Source: the human T2T-CHM13v2.0 reference genome, Homo sapiens
Direction: 5' to 3' (one strand)
Assembly: GCF_009914755.1 (NCBI RefSeq)
Contig: NC_060930.1
Length of the DNA: 64,000 nt
Part shown: positions 14,274-25,710 of the stretch, piece after piece
How positions within the stretch are numbered: the first letter of the stretch is position 1
Layout: the number at the start of each line of letters is the position of its first letter
Program-made: the position numbers and the translations under genes
Notes under the pieces: generated by a model
Told to the model about the DNA's origin: nothing
What the model saw: only the letters and a program-made list of their open reading frames with translations
The model's database searches: none

Positions 14274-15299
14274 CACACACACACACAGGTACACACACAT
14301 ATATGTATACATGGGTGAGTGATTTAAGGCAGTTAGAGTTTTGTACTCCAGCTGTGTCTATTAGTACTAATCAGGAAATGATATGGAGAAATCATCTGTT
14401 TCAACCCAGTGCCTTCTGGTGCATGACAGAGTCTTTTGTTACAGAGAAATTATTTGCTCCAAAGTTGTAAAAGTACATACGTATGTATATCTCAATATAG
14501 TAATTTTATTAATATCCAAACATGTTAAGTACTTGCTGTCTATTCAGATAATGGTAATTAATAACCTATGTCCTACTGTTTCTAATTTAAACAGTTTTCC
14601 TCAAAATGTTATTATGGAAATTTTTAAACATATAGAAGAAATGTACAGTGAACACCCACATACCTACTAATTTTAAAGAATAAAACTAAGAAAAATTAGT
14701 ATGTCCATATCTTCCATAGACCCCTGAATTAGAAGATGCAGTAATCTTTTCCCAGGAGAGGCCCAGGAAGTACTAGAAAACTACAAAACTGAAAAATGAA
14801 ATCATACGAATGCTTTGCAACTGTATACAAATGCCGCTGGGCTGTAGTACAGTGAATTCATTTGTAATTTGTTTAATTAGGTTTTTTTTAAACAAGGATT
14901 TTCTGTAAACCCATATGAGTAGAGATTTTACTACTTTTTTTTAAAAAAAACAACTTTGGATTTGAATTCAAGATATGAGCAATATTTTAGATGCTTATGT
15001 TCTAAATTAGTGCTGTACATTGGATTTGGGGACTTAATTTTGTGTGGGGTATGGATCAAGTCAACTCCATGCCTGCCAAGCTTCAAAGCTAACAATTTCC
15101 CAGCTCAATAATCCTGGAGGCTGATTGTGATTCATATTCATTTCATGACATGATCCATGACTGCGGAATGACTCACTGGATCTTCCTTTCCATTTCCCTG
15201 TAAGTGTAGTCCTTAAACCTTGTAAGGCTTTTCTTCTGCAATGCTTTTGGCCTATAATCATTTCCAAAACATTTATTGAACCTCTATTATATAATGGGC

Positions 15300-15611
15300 A
15301 TTGTTCTAGGGACATAGAAGCAAATCAAATAGAGGCCCAATCTTCCTGGAGTTTAGAAATTAGTAAGATAAGCAGACTTGAAGTAAATTATATTTATAAG
15401 GCACTAAAGAAAGAATTCATTGTAATTTATTTACCTAAGGTAACAAACAAAAAAATACTACAATTTTGACAAATTCCATCAGCTGTCACTAGTTCTTATC
15501 CTGGGTCAATGTGAACATAAACATGTCCTGAGAATAAACTCGGTACCTGTAATACTCTTACTCACATGTCTAACATGTTGAGATTCTAAGTGATTCTGAG
15601 CTGGCAACTCA
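15300..15611 (+). repeat. Local triplicated unit, copy C (begins inside an antisense L2 3' end)
   Basis: Preceded by catttattgaacctctattatataatgggcattgttctagg (L2 3' end, minus strand). Confidence 0.95.
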
Positions 15612-16303
15612 AAAACTCTAGAAAACCTGACTATTTTTCCTTTTTAGTTTAGAGAAAAATTTATAATTTCAGTTGCTGTTTTATAGATTTTGTATTAAAT
15701 AAAAGAAAAAAGTAGAAATTTGTCAGCATTTCTATTTCTGCCCAGGTCGGTAATGGTCCTAACACTCTTTTCTGCTGCATTTATTTTGGCTACCTCAAGA
15801 CAAATAGCGTAACCACATTGTCCCTTGCAGGAGAGCATCCTCCTCTTATCAGAGCCCTCACCTATGCACACCTACATAAGCTTCTGAGAACTGTTCGGCT
15901 GGGTCTGAAAAATGCCTGGGAGAGAACTTCCTGAGGGACTGAAGTAAACAGAGCTTTAAAGCAGGACAGAATTGTCCTAAAGGTCCCGCCGTTTCAAATG
16001 GATCATCACTTCTGACTATGGCTTCCTTCCTTCTTGAGACTGAACTCTTGGACAGTTTGTAGTGGGGGGAACTCAGGACCATTGGGAGATTGGAGATCCA
16101 TTTTTTCAGGCACATGTGGAGCCTTGTACCCCTATGTCCTGGAATCCTGCTCTCTTGTGGCTCTGTATCCTTAGTATCTCCCAGGCACTATTAGGTAAGG
16201 ATACACAGAGTCACGAGGGGGCAGGTCCAGAGATATTGAACCAGAGACAGCCTTTGAATGCTGAGAGACACAGCATTTTGTCTTTAGTGTTCAACAAGGC
16301 AAT

Positions 16304-16737
16304 TATTAGGGTTGAATTGTGTCCTCTAAAAAGATATGTTAAAGTTTTAAGCCCCAGAACCTGTGACTGTGATCTTATTTGCAAATAAGGTCTTTGCAGA
16401 TATAATTAAGTTAAGATGAGGTCATATTGGATTAATCTAATAATGGATACCTTCATAAGAGGGGGAAATTTGGGCACAGACACACGCAGAGAAAGCGACG
16501 TGAAGAGGGAGGCAGAGATTGGAGTGGTGTAGCTACAAGCCAAGGAATGCCAAGAATTGTCAACAATCACCAGAAGCTAGAAGAGGCAGGAAGGATCCTC
16601 ACTGCTAGAGCCTTCAGACAGAGCATGGCCCCACCAGCATGTTGATTTTGGACCCTGACCTTTAGGACTGTGAGAGAATAAATTTCTGTTGTTTTAACCC
16701 ACCCAGTTTATTACAGCAGTCCTAGGGAACTAATAAA
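16304..16737 (+). mobile_element. MaLR LTR, MLT1B/C-like
   Basis: gggttgaattgtgtcc...ggtctttgcagatataattaagttaagatgaggtcat...gactgtgagagaataaatttctgttgttttaa...ggaactaata. Confidence 0.9.
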
Positions 16738-17790
16738 CCAACAAGTAGAGAAGGAATCATGCAACTCTTAAGGTGCAGACAAGATGCCTTTCTGCTCCCA
16801 CACCACCTCCAGGTCTAACCAGGCGCTGTCTCTCAGCCTCTAGGATGGGTAGTATTTCAGTCTTGTTGTATCACCCTTCCTATGCAAGTACTTGAGAATA
16901 AATTAGTCCTCCCTTGTGGGACATAAGCAAGCAGCTTCCAACCTGCCTGGAGGGTATGAACAGGTGTCACGAGTCAGTCTTCCTCAGGTGCTTCAGGGTC
17001 CAGGTCATAGTCCAGCTGCCCTGCCGCAGGCCTGTGCTCCCACCTACCACAGACTGGGACACAGAACCCAACATCAGTGGAGCCTCGTGTACACCCCTAG
17101 TTTTTCTAGCTTGCCTGCTGCAGCCAGACCATTATCTCCCCAGAGTGCTCTTCATGACTGCTTAATGACCAGAAAGACTTGAGTTTTTATATCCAATGTC
17201 AAGAGTAAATTATTAACCACCTAGGAAAACAGAATTTTGGAGTAGTCTTGTACTTTGAGATACATAAATATATACATACCTACCAACATACATACACTCA
17301 TATATGCCTGGAAATATGTATGTATATGTATATTTTACTCCCTTCTTCAAATATCTTTAGTGGATCCTTAGTCCTTGGTGAATAAAATCTAAAATAAGTT
17401 CTTAGCTTAGCATTCAAAACTGGCCACTATCTGGCCTGACAACTAACTCCCTTGATGTATTCTGTTAATACGTAGCTGAACTCTTTGTTGAGCTGTTTAC
17501 CATCTTTCAAATCCCAGTTCTGGTATCAACTCCCAAGAAGACAGTCTTTCCTCATTTCGACACTCTATTTTGAGCAACCATAATACTTTGTATATATCTC
17601 CCTAATCACATTACATATTGTGTTGTAGGTTTTTGTATATTTGTCTAATCCTCTTCTCCTGGCCCTGCATTATAAACAGTAGGTAGAAAGCTTGTTATTA
17701 AAAACAGAATTAATAGCACAATGTGCTTTTGAAAACGGAAAGCACAGAGTTTTGGGGATGCTTTGCATTTAGAGCCGTCTTCACTGGCAT

Positions 17791-17798
17791 TGACGTCA
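17791..17798. promoter_or_regulatory. Full palindromic CRE (TGACGTCA), candidate
   Basis: Exact motif in non-repeat DNA with neighbouring retained CpGs; function not shown. Confidence 0.4.
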
Positions 17799-20649
17799 TA
17801 GCCGCGGCTAACAGGGCTTATTCTTTGTCAGGCAATGAGCCAAGCATGACATGTGAACTATTTTAAGTCTTTTCACTAATACATGCTGATGTTCTTATTC
17901 ATCTTAGTGTCCAACGTGGCACATGGCACAGGCCTAGATGCTTATTGAGCTCAATGATCTATTGATCTACCGATTTCAATGATCTACCTGAAATGATGGA
18001 ATAAACATCTACATCTGTGCCATGTACTCAGTGAGCATCCACACCTAATCATCTAATTGCTAAAGGTGAATCTAGAAGGTAAACACATGTAGAACAAGCA
18101 TTTGACTCCAATCTCTTGATCTCAATAGATGTATCATCTTTAAGAAAATTGTGACTGAAGTAATTCATAGGGAAAACTACTCCAAGGTAAGTCTATTGTC
18201 TTGGAGTATATTCCAGACTATAGAGGGCATTTATGAAAGAGGAAGTGATAATGAAGAAAAGTCCTGAATTACAATCTTAATGTGTTTTTTATTTTATCAT
18301 TCTGTGTGGATACAGATGTACACAAATACAAACTTTTAATTTTTTTAAACCATGTTCATTATAGACATGAAGAAAAACATACTGAAAACAGTATTCAAAA
18401 TACAGAGTATGAACTGTTACATTTTTATTTCACCATCTTCTGTGTGAACTTATGGAGAACTAACATAGAAAACTCTAAAATGCAGCTATGACATTTTTCT
18501 GTAACAATTGAAATTGTATGTTTAAATAATAGCATAAAGAATGAAACATGTATGCTTTTTAATAACTTTTTCTTCTGTCACATCCCAATGTCATGTGCTC
18601 AATCTCTGGTGGCTGTACAGAGCCCAGCGCAGCTCACGAGAGGCCCCTAAAAACCAGGGCACCACGTGGACTTGGCATTAAATTCAGACAACTTTGAAAA
18701 GCAGTTCAGATCTTCTGTTTTGTTTTTTTTTTTTCTTTCTTACTTTGTAAGTCTGAGTCTGACCTATTTTTAGGATATGGCCCACGGAATTGAACTTGGT
18801 GGTTTTAGTTTCACTGTTGTTGTTTTTCTTCTTTTGGGTTTAAAAAAAAAAAGCACAGGAGTCCACCATGACTAGAAAAGCATTAAAGCTTTCTTCTTTT
18901 AATTATACACTTAAAGTTATTAGGGTAGACACATGCTTTGTGTTTCCTGGAAATTGTAGGGTTTTAGTTCCCCTAAGCCCTTCTAACCTTATCCTTTAAA
19001 TAACTCACTGACTTCTAATGGCCTTTAAAAGAATGATGTCATCAAAACACCCTAAAATTAATATGCCTGTTAGTTTCCATTTTGTTTGTGGCAATTTTTC
19101 ACCATAAAAATATTATTTTTTCCTAGTGTTATTCCCTGTTCTACTCTTTGTCTTATTTTATAAAGCTCTGTATCTTTCTTTAGCTGAAAAAAGCTGACCT
19201 AAACTCCATAACCACTCCCAAGAGCTTGAGGGAAACCAGAGGGAAATCATTTGACATTGAGATTATCCCATCAAAACATGATGACCTTTATTTCCTTTCC
19301 ATACTTTCCTGAGTATTGTTACTAGAGTAAGTGTTAAAGGATATAAATAAAACAAGTTATTATCAAGTTACTGAATATTATGTATGTAGCCGTGAACTTG
19401 TTTTCAAGTGTGATGGGGTTTGAATGCTGCTACATGTTCTGTTGCCTTAGACAGATAGAGAATTTTAGTTCTGGATATTAGGATTACAAATATAATATAT
19501 GGAAAGCATGATGAGCAACTGAAATGCTTAATCATCAAAACTCTAGAAATTAGAGCAGGTTTATCATATTAGTCGTTGATGGAAGAACTGCAAACTAAGT
19601 ACCAAAAAATAACTTCCATCACTTTTGTTTCAAAGTTTGTTTTAAAGGTTCAGTAGCATCCACTGAACTTTTCCCCTGACTATCTTAACACATCTTTTTT
19701 TGTGTTTGAGGATCTGGCCAGGATTGGAAACAGAGGTGTGAAGGAATTACAAGAGTGGGTGTTTTTGCAGTACTTTTGGCTAGCAGTAAAATAAGCAGGA
19801 AATTCTAAAATGTCTTGAGAAAATTTGTCCTGAAGAAAATTCTAGCTTAAATTTTTCTTTTAAATAAGATATTTAGACAATTTGGTTAATATTAAAATGA
19901 GAATGGAAACTTATATGAACGCAACAGTAATTGCAACTATTCTAACATCTTTATGCCTATGTGGTACTCTTTAGGGTTTTCAATATTCTTTCACACTTAC
20001 TCTTCTCTGGAGGCTACACAGTTTGGTGGTGTTACTTCTGTTTTGCAAATGAGAAAGCTGAAGCACAATATTCACAGCAAAGTTTATTTTGTCGCTTTGC
20101 CTAGGGCAGCACCTTTTACCTGTGAGGCACCATGCATACTTCTAAACTTCTTGATATGGTTTTAGATCAAGCTTATTTAAAAACACAGTAGTGTTAAGGT
20201 CTATTCCCAGTATCATTTATGAGTACAAATGAAACTCTTCACTTTATGAATAGTCTACAAAAATGTGATGCTTAATTCTGCATATGGCTGTGCTCAGTCT
20301 GTGCACATTCCTAGAACCAAGATATTCAGTAAGTTGGTCTGCTGTTACAGATTTTTTAAGAGACTATAAGTTAATGTTGATTTGAAAGTATAGAAGCAAT
20401 CAGATAAATCCCCATGCTTAGAAAAGTGATTAGTTTATGATTACAATGAAGAAGTATTTGGGTTCCAACATTTGTAGAGTATCTTGGGTGCCTATAGCTA
20501 TGGCAAATAAAAGCAAACAAAAATGAATATGTTATTATTCAAAGAGTTTAACTAAATCTAACTTGTTAGCTTAAAACCTTTGAGAGCTCTCCCACACATT
20601 TTTAATGTGATAAAATTTCAAACATATTATTAAGCCCTACTAGCAATGC

Positions 20650-21191
20650 TGTCAGAGGCGTTTTAACCACAGCAACTCCATCTTGAGTGAGGGCAGGGAA
20701 AATGAGGCTGGGACGTGCTGGGCTGCATTCCCAGAAAGTTAGGTATTCCTAATCTCTATATGCCTACAATTTAGGGAACAGATTGATAACATTTACTAAA
20801 CAGATCCAGACTTAGGAGTGTCCTGATATCGCAATATCTTGAGAACAGAAGCATTCCTAATTTTGCTTTAAAGATAATAATATCGATTCTTGCAAAATAT
20901 AGCAATTAAGAAAATTAATCCTTTATCACAAACTCTTGTAGCAGTAACACATCTCCCATAATCTTTTTTTAATCTTATCAATAAACGAGTATTGTACTTA
21001 GGGTGGAAGCATTTTTCCTCTTACTTTTGGGAACACCCTACTCTGTCGATGGAGTAGCTGTTGTTTCACCACTTTATTTTCTTGATAAACTTGCTTTTGT
21101 TTTGCGCTGTGGATTCACTCTGAATTTTTTCTTGCACGAGATCCAAGAACCCTCTTTTGGGGTCTGGATCTGGACCCCTGTCCGGTTAACA
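20650..21191 (+). mobile_element. ERV1 solo LTR, MER41 family (MER41C/D/E-like)
   Basis: tgtcagaggcgttttaaccacagcaactccatcttg ... ggtctggatctggacccctgtccggttaaca; 4-bp TSD ATGC. Confidence 0.9.
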
Positions 21192-21585
21192 ATGCTGTGT
21201 CTGAATAAATCTGATGATCTAAGTATTAGAATATCACCCTTTATAAATATATGCATGTATCAAATAACTTTAATTATTCTTAAAGCATGTCTACAAAAAC
21301 CACATGAAAATGCAGACATTTGCATGGAGGTAATAAACGTGAATATGTTTCAGAACATCTGGACAGTTGTTCTCATGCTTGTTGGAATGAAGCTCAGTGT
21401 AGAAAGTAGAATGTAGATGTGTACAGGATGTAGTTGACTGCAACATTTCAAGAAATGAAGTTCTTGCCCTTCAGCTATACCGATATAAAAAATTTAAATT
21501 ACATTATACACTTTATTTTAATCCTTGATGAAGAGATTGTTATATTCAGTATTGTAGTCCTGATGTAGAGAGGTATAATTACATT

Positions 21586-22174
21586 TGTCAACCAAAAGTA
21601 TGCGAGACAGGTCTCAATCAGTTTAGAAAGTTTATTCGATCAAGGTTAAGGATATACCTCTGACACAGCTTCAGGAGGTCCTGACCACATGTGTCCAAGG
21701 TGGTTGGGGCACAGCTTGGTTTTATACATTTTAGGAAGACAGAAGACATCAATCAATGCATGTAAGAGGTATATTTGTTCAGTCCAGAAAGGTGGGGCAA
21801 CTTGAAGCAGGGGCTTCCAGGCCATAGGTGATTTAAAGATTTTCTGATTAGCAATTGGTTGAAAGAGTTATTATCTAAAGAAAGGAATGTCTGGGTTAGA
21901 ATATGGGGTTGTAAAGACAAAGAGTTTATCATGCAGATGAGGCCTCCAGGTAGCAGGCTTCAGAAAGTCCAGACATAAATGTTTCTTATCAGACTTAAAG
22001 AGTCTGCTCTACCAGTAATTCCAAAAGGGAAGAGTATATAATGAGGCATGTCTTGCTCCCTCTTCCCATCATGGCCTAAACTAGTTTTTTCAGATTAACT
22101 GTAGAATGCCCTTGCTGAGAGGAGGGTCCATTCTGATGGCTGAGGGGCTTTTATTTTTATTTTTGGTTTAAACA
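21586..22174 (-). mobile_element. ERV1 solo LTR, MER4 family
   Basis: tgtcaaccaaaa...gagacaggtctcaatcagtttagaaagtttatt...caggaggtcctgac...ggtccattctgatgg...ttttggttta. Confidence 0.9.
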
Positions 22175-22663
22175 TAGAATATTCAGTTTTCATGATCTAT
22201 ATGCAAACATTTCAGACATAGTTAAATTTTTTGTATCAGCTTGACTATGCCACATGGTGCCCAGATTAAACATTATTTCTGGGTGTGTCTATGAGGCTCT
22301 CTCTATATAAAATTAGCATCTGAATGGGTAGACTCAGTAAAGTAGTTTGGGGAGGGGATCATGCAATCTGTTGAGGGTCTGAGTATAATAAAAAGGAATA
22401 AAAAGGTAGAAAAGGGGGAAATTTGTCTCTTCTTGACCATTTGCTCCAGCTGGGACATCACATCTTATCTTTTCCTGCCCTGGGACTAGGATTTACGCCA
22501 TTGGCTCCACTGGTTTTCTAGTTCTCTGGACTCATGTCAGAGGCATGTGAACCAGAGCAACTCCATCTTGAACAGGAGCTGGGTAAAATGAGTCTGAGAC
22601 CTACTGGGCTGCATTCCTAGACAGTTAAGCCATTCTAAGTCACAGGATGAGATAGGAGGTTGG

Positions 22664-23111
22664 TGATAGAGATGATAAATTCCTCTTCAAAAGGTTTTAA
22701 TTCCCTGTTCTTCCGGTTCTTTGTTTCTCTAGTTTCTATAGTTGCCAGTGCTGTAAACAACCCTTCCCACCCTTGCTGCGCCCTGATATGCCCTGACAAG
22801 CCTAGACATGCCTTGTGCCCTGTTACAGAAAGCCTTTCCCTTCCTGCCTAGATAGCTGTGTTCAATTTCAAACATTAGCCAGTTGGGTCAGTTTAGATTG
22901 TGCGGTCCAACCCTAGCCAATAGGGGAAAGACACAGCAGTAGGGACTAGCTGCATTAGGAATAAGAACCCCTTCCCTTCCCTTGTCCAGTGTGCTCTCGC
23001 CATTGCTCCACCAGTGAGCCGCACCCTTCTATAGAAGTAAATTGCCTTGCTGAGAAAACTTTTGCCTGAGTGCTATTTTCATTTTGCGGCACCAAGCATT
23101 TACTTCCAACA
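22664..23111 (+). mobile_element. LTR10-family (HERV-I related) solo LTR
   Basis: TG...CA ends, TSD TTGG; 3' end ctatagaagtaaattgccttgctgagaaaac...ttttgcggcacc typical of LTR10. Confidence 0.8.
22794..22813. promoter_or_regulatory. p53 response element in LTR10
   Basis: TGACAAGCCT AGACATGCCT = 19/20 match to RRRCWWGYYY x2 with no spacer; degenerate third half-site TGATATGCCC at 22784-22793. Confidence 0.65.
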
Positions 23112-23685
23112 TTGGCGCAAGATACAGGTCATAAAGACCTTGTTGATAAAACAGATTGCAGTAAAGAAGCCAGCCAAAACCCACTAAAACCTAGATGGCC
23201 ACAAGAGTGACCTCTGGTTGTCCTTACTGCTACACTCCCACCAGTGCCATGACAGTTTACAAATGCCATGACAACAAAAGGAAGTTACCTTGTCTGTTCT
23301 AAAAAGGGGAAGCATGAATAATCCATTCCTTGTTTAGCATATCATCAAGAAATAACCATAAAAATGGACAACCAGCAGCCCTTGGGGCTGCTCTGTCTAT
23401 GGAGTAGCCATTCTTTTATTCCTTTACTTTCCTAATAAACTTGCTTTCACTTTACACTTGCTTTACTGAATTCTTTCTTGTGCGAGACCCAACAACCCTC
23501 TCTTGAGGTCTGGATTGGGACCCCTTTCCTGTAACACTCAGACTAGAATTACACCATTGGCTTTCCTGAGTTTTCAGTTTGCAGACTGCAGACTGAGATT
23601 TCTGAGCCTCCATAATCACATGAGCCAGTTTTTCATAGTATATATATTATTGGTTTTCTTTCTCTGGAGAACCCTGCCTCATACA

Positions 23686-23865
23686 GGTAGATTTTAGCTT
23701 AGTCTAAGGAAGAACCTACTATTGAAAATAGCTGCTGGAAATTTGATTGGACTATCTTAGGAGGTAGTAAATTTCTTGTCAATGGAGATGGTCAATCAGA
23801 TGTTGTAGTGGGGCTTCCAGCATTGGCTAAGGTTTGGCTAGACTATCTTGGAAGTCCCTACGAGT
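23686..23865 (+). mobile_element. L3/CR1 3' fragment
   Basis: aggtagattttagctt...aaggaagaac...gaggtagtaaatttcttgtcaatggagatggtcaa. Confidence 0.5.
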
Positions 23866-24482
23866 CACTGCTAATGGGAGATATCAGTTTCAAGGGAGAA
23901 TGTCAAAATATTGCATCTGGAAAGAACTTCAGAAACTGCTTAGTTGCACTTCCTTACTGTTCAGAGGAGGAAAATGAGACCAGAGAATGCAAATATCTCA
24001 TTCAAGGTCAAATAGCCAATGTATTTTAGGGGATTTGTGTGACAGAAGGCTATCTTTTTGGTTTTATTTAGAATCCAGTAAAATGCAACTGTATTTTGAG
24101 TGATCTCAGTCTGCCTTTGTGGGTAGGAGAAACTGGGTGCCTACTGAATGTAGAAAGTCTTTTATTTTATTTCAGATATTTATTTTATTTATCTGATGTG
24201 TTTAACTCACAAAGACCCTATTTTGTACATGAATAATTGAGAACTAACTGTACTTTAAGCTTCTATTTATTTATTTTTTAAAGTCATGTACATTTATAGC
24301 AATGAGAATGTACCTCATAGGCTTTATAATGTAAGTGTTCTCTAGTAAAAGCAAAAGGGAAGTTCAGCATTAGGTTGTAAATGAGAAGTAAGTACTAAGA
24401 GTTCTAAGTTCACTTCCTTTTGTTACCAGCAATTCCTTTTTGGATGTGTGGCAAGATAAGCAGGGCTGATATTCAGAGTCAG

Positions 24483-24894
24483 TGTGTTAGTTTGTTCTTG
24501 CATTGCTATAAAGGAATACCTGAGACTGGATAATTTATAAAGAAAAGTGATTTATTTTGGCTCACGGTTCTGCAGGCTGTAGAGGAAGCGTGGTACTGGT
24601 ATCTGCTTCTGGAGAGGGCCTCAAGAAGGTGGAGGAGCAGGCAGGTCACATGATGAGAACAGGAGCAGGAAAGAAATGGGGAAGGTGCCACACTTAAACA
24701 AACAAACAAACAAACAAAAAACAGCTCTCACGTGAACTACCAGAGAAAGAACTCACTCTTCACCAAGATGGCGCTAAGCCATTCATGAGGGATCCGTCCC
24801 CATAATCCAACGTCTCTTACTGGGCTTCACCTCCAACACAGGGGATCATATTTCAACATAAGATTTGGAAGGGACAAACATTCAAACCATATCA
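24483..24894 (-). mobile_element. MaLR LTR MSTA/MSTB
   Basis: tgtgttagtttgttcttgcattgctataaaggaatacctgagactgg...aaaccatatca; 5-bp TSD GTCAG. Confidence 0.92.
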
Positions 24895-24992
24895 GTCAGG
24901 TTATTTGGTAACGACCATAAAGTGGTAGGCAAACAATTTTTTCTTCAGTCTGCCATACAGTTTGGGGAAATCTTCATGAAGATCTTTTGTTA

Positions 24993-25319
<327 letters not shown>

Positions 25320-25494
25320 TTATATATATATTTTCAGAGCATTCTTCATATGTGTCCATAATCAGGTCATTCAGATAATCGAGTGTTTTTGTTGTGGTGG
25401 TGGTGGTTTTTAAAATTTACTGGTTGGTTGAAAGGATGGATGAAATTAAAAGATCTTCTCTTAGAACCTTGGATATTATGCATATGAGGCATTT

Positions 25495-25710
25495 AAATAA
25501 TAACCATTTGGGGAGTGCTTACTATGTGCCAAACACTATGCTGAGTCCTTTACATATGTCATCTCAATTCCTGTAATAACCCTATGAAATATGTCCTGTA
25601 AGCATTCCCGTCTTACAGGTGAGGAAACTGGAGGTTCAGAGAAGCAAAGTGATATACAAATAACATCACCAGCTCACAAGCGGCAGAACAAGAATGCAGA
25701 CCTCTATCTG
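25495..25710 (-). mobile_element. MIR
   Basis: gtgcttactatgtgccaaacactatgctgag...ttacaggtgaggaaactggaggttcagaga. Confidence 0.8.

Larger units (their letters stand above)
22535..23536 (+). mobile_element. MER41A-like solo LTR (split by LTR10)
   Basis: tgtcagaggcatgtgaaccagagcaactccatc ... gggacccctttcctgtaaca; TSD CTCA. Confidence 0.9.
22215..23685 (+). mobile_element. ERVL LTR MLT2 (host of nested MER41A)
   Basis: cagcttgactatgccaca...aaacattatttctgggtgtgtct; resumes at 23537 with agcctccataatcacatgagcca...tctctggagaaccctgcctcataca. Confidence 0.85.

Noticed and set aside
15562-15580. CATG pairs in the triplicated unit as a p53 site
   Set aside because: Cores are spaced 9 bp rather than 10 bp and the flanks mismatch
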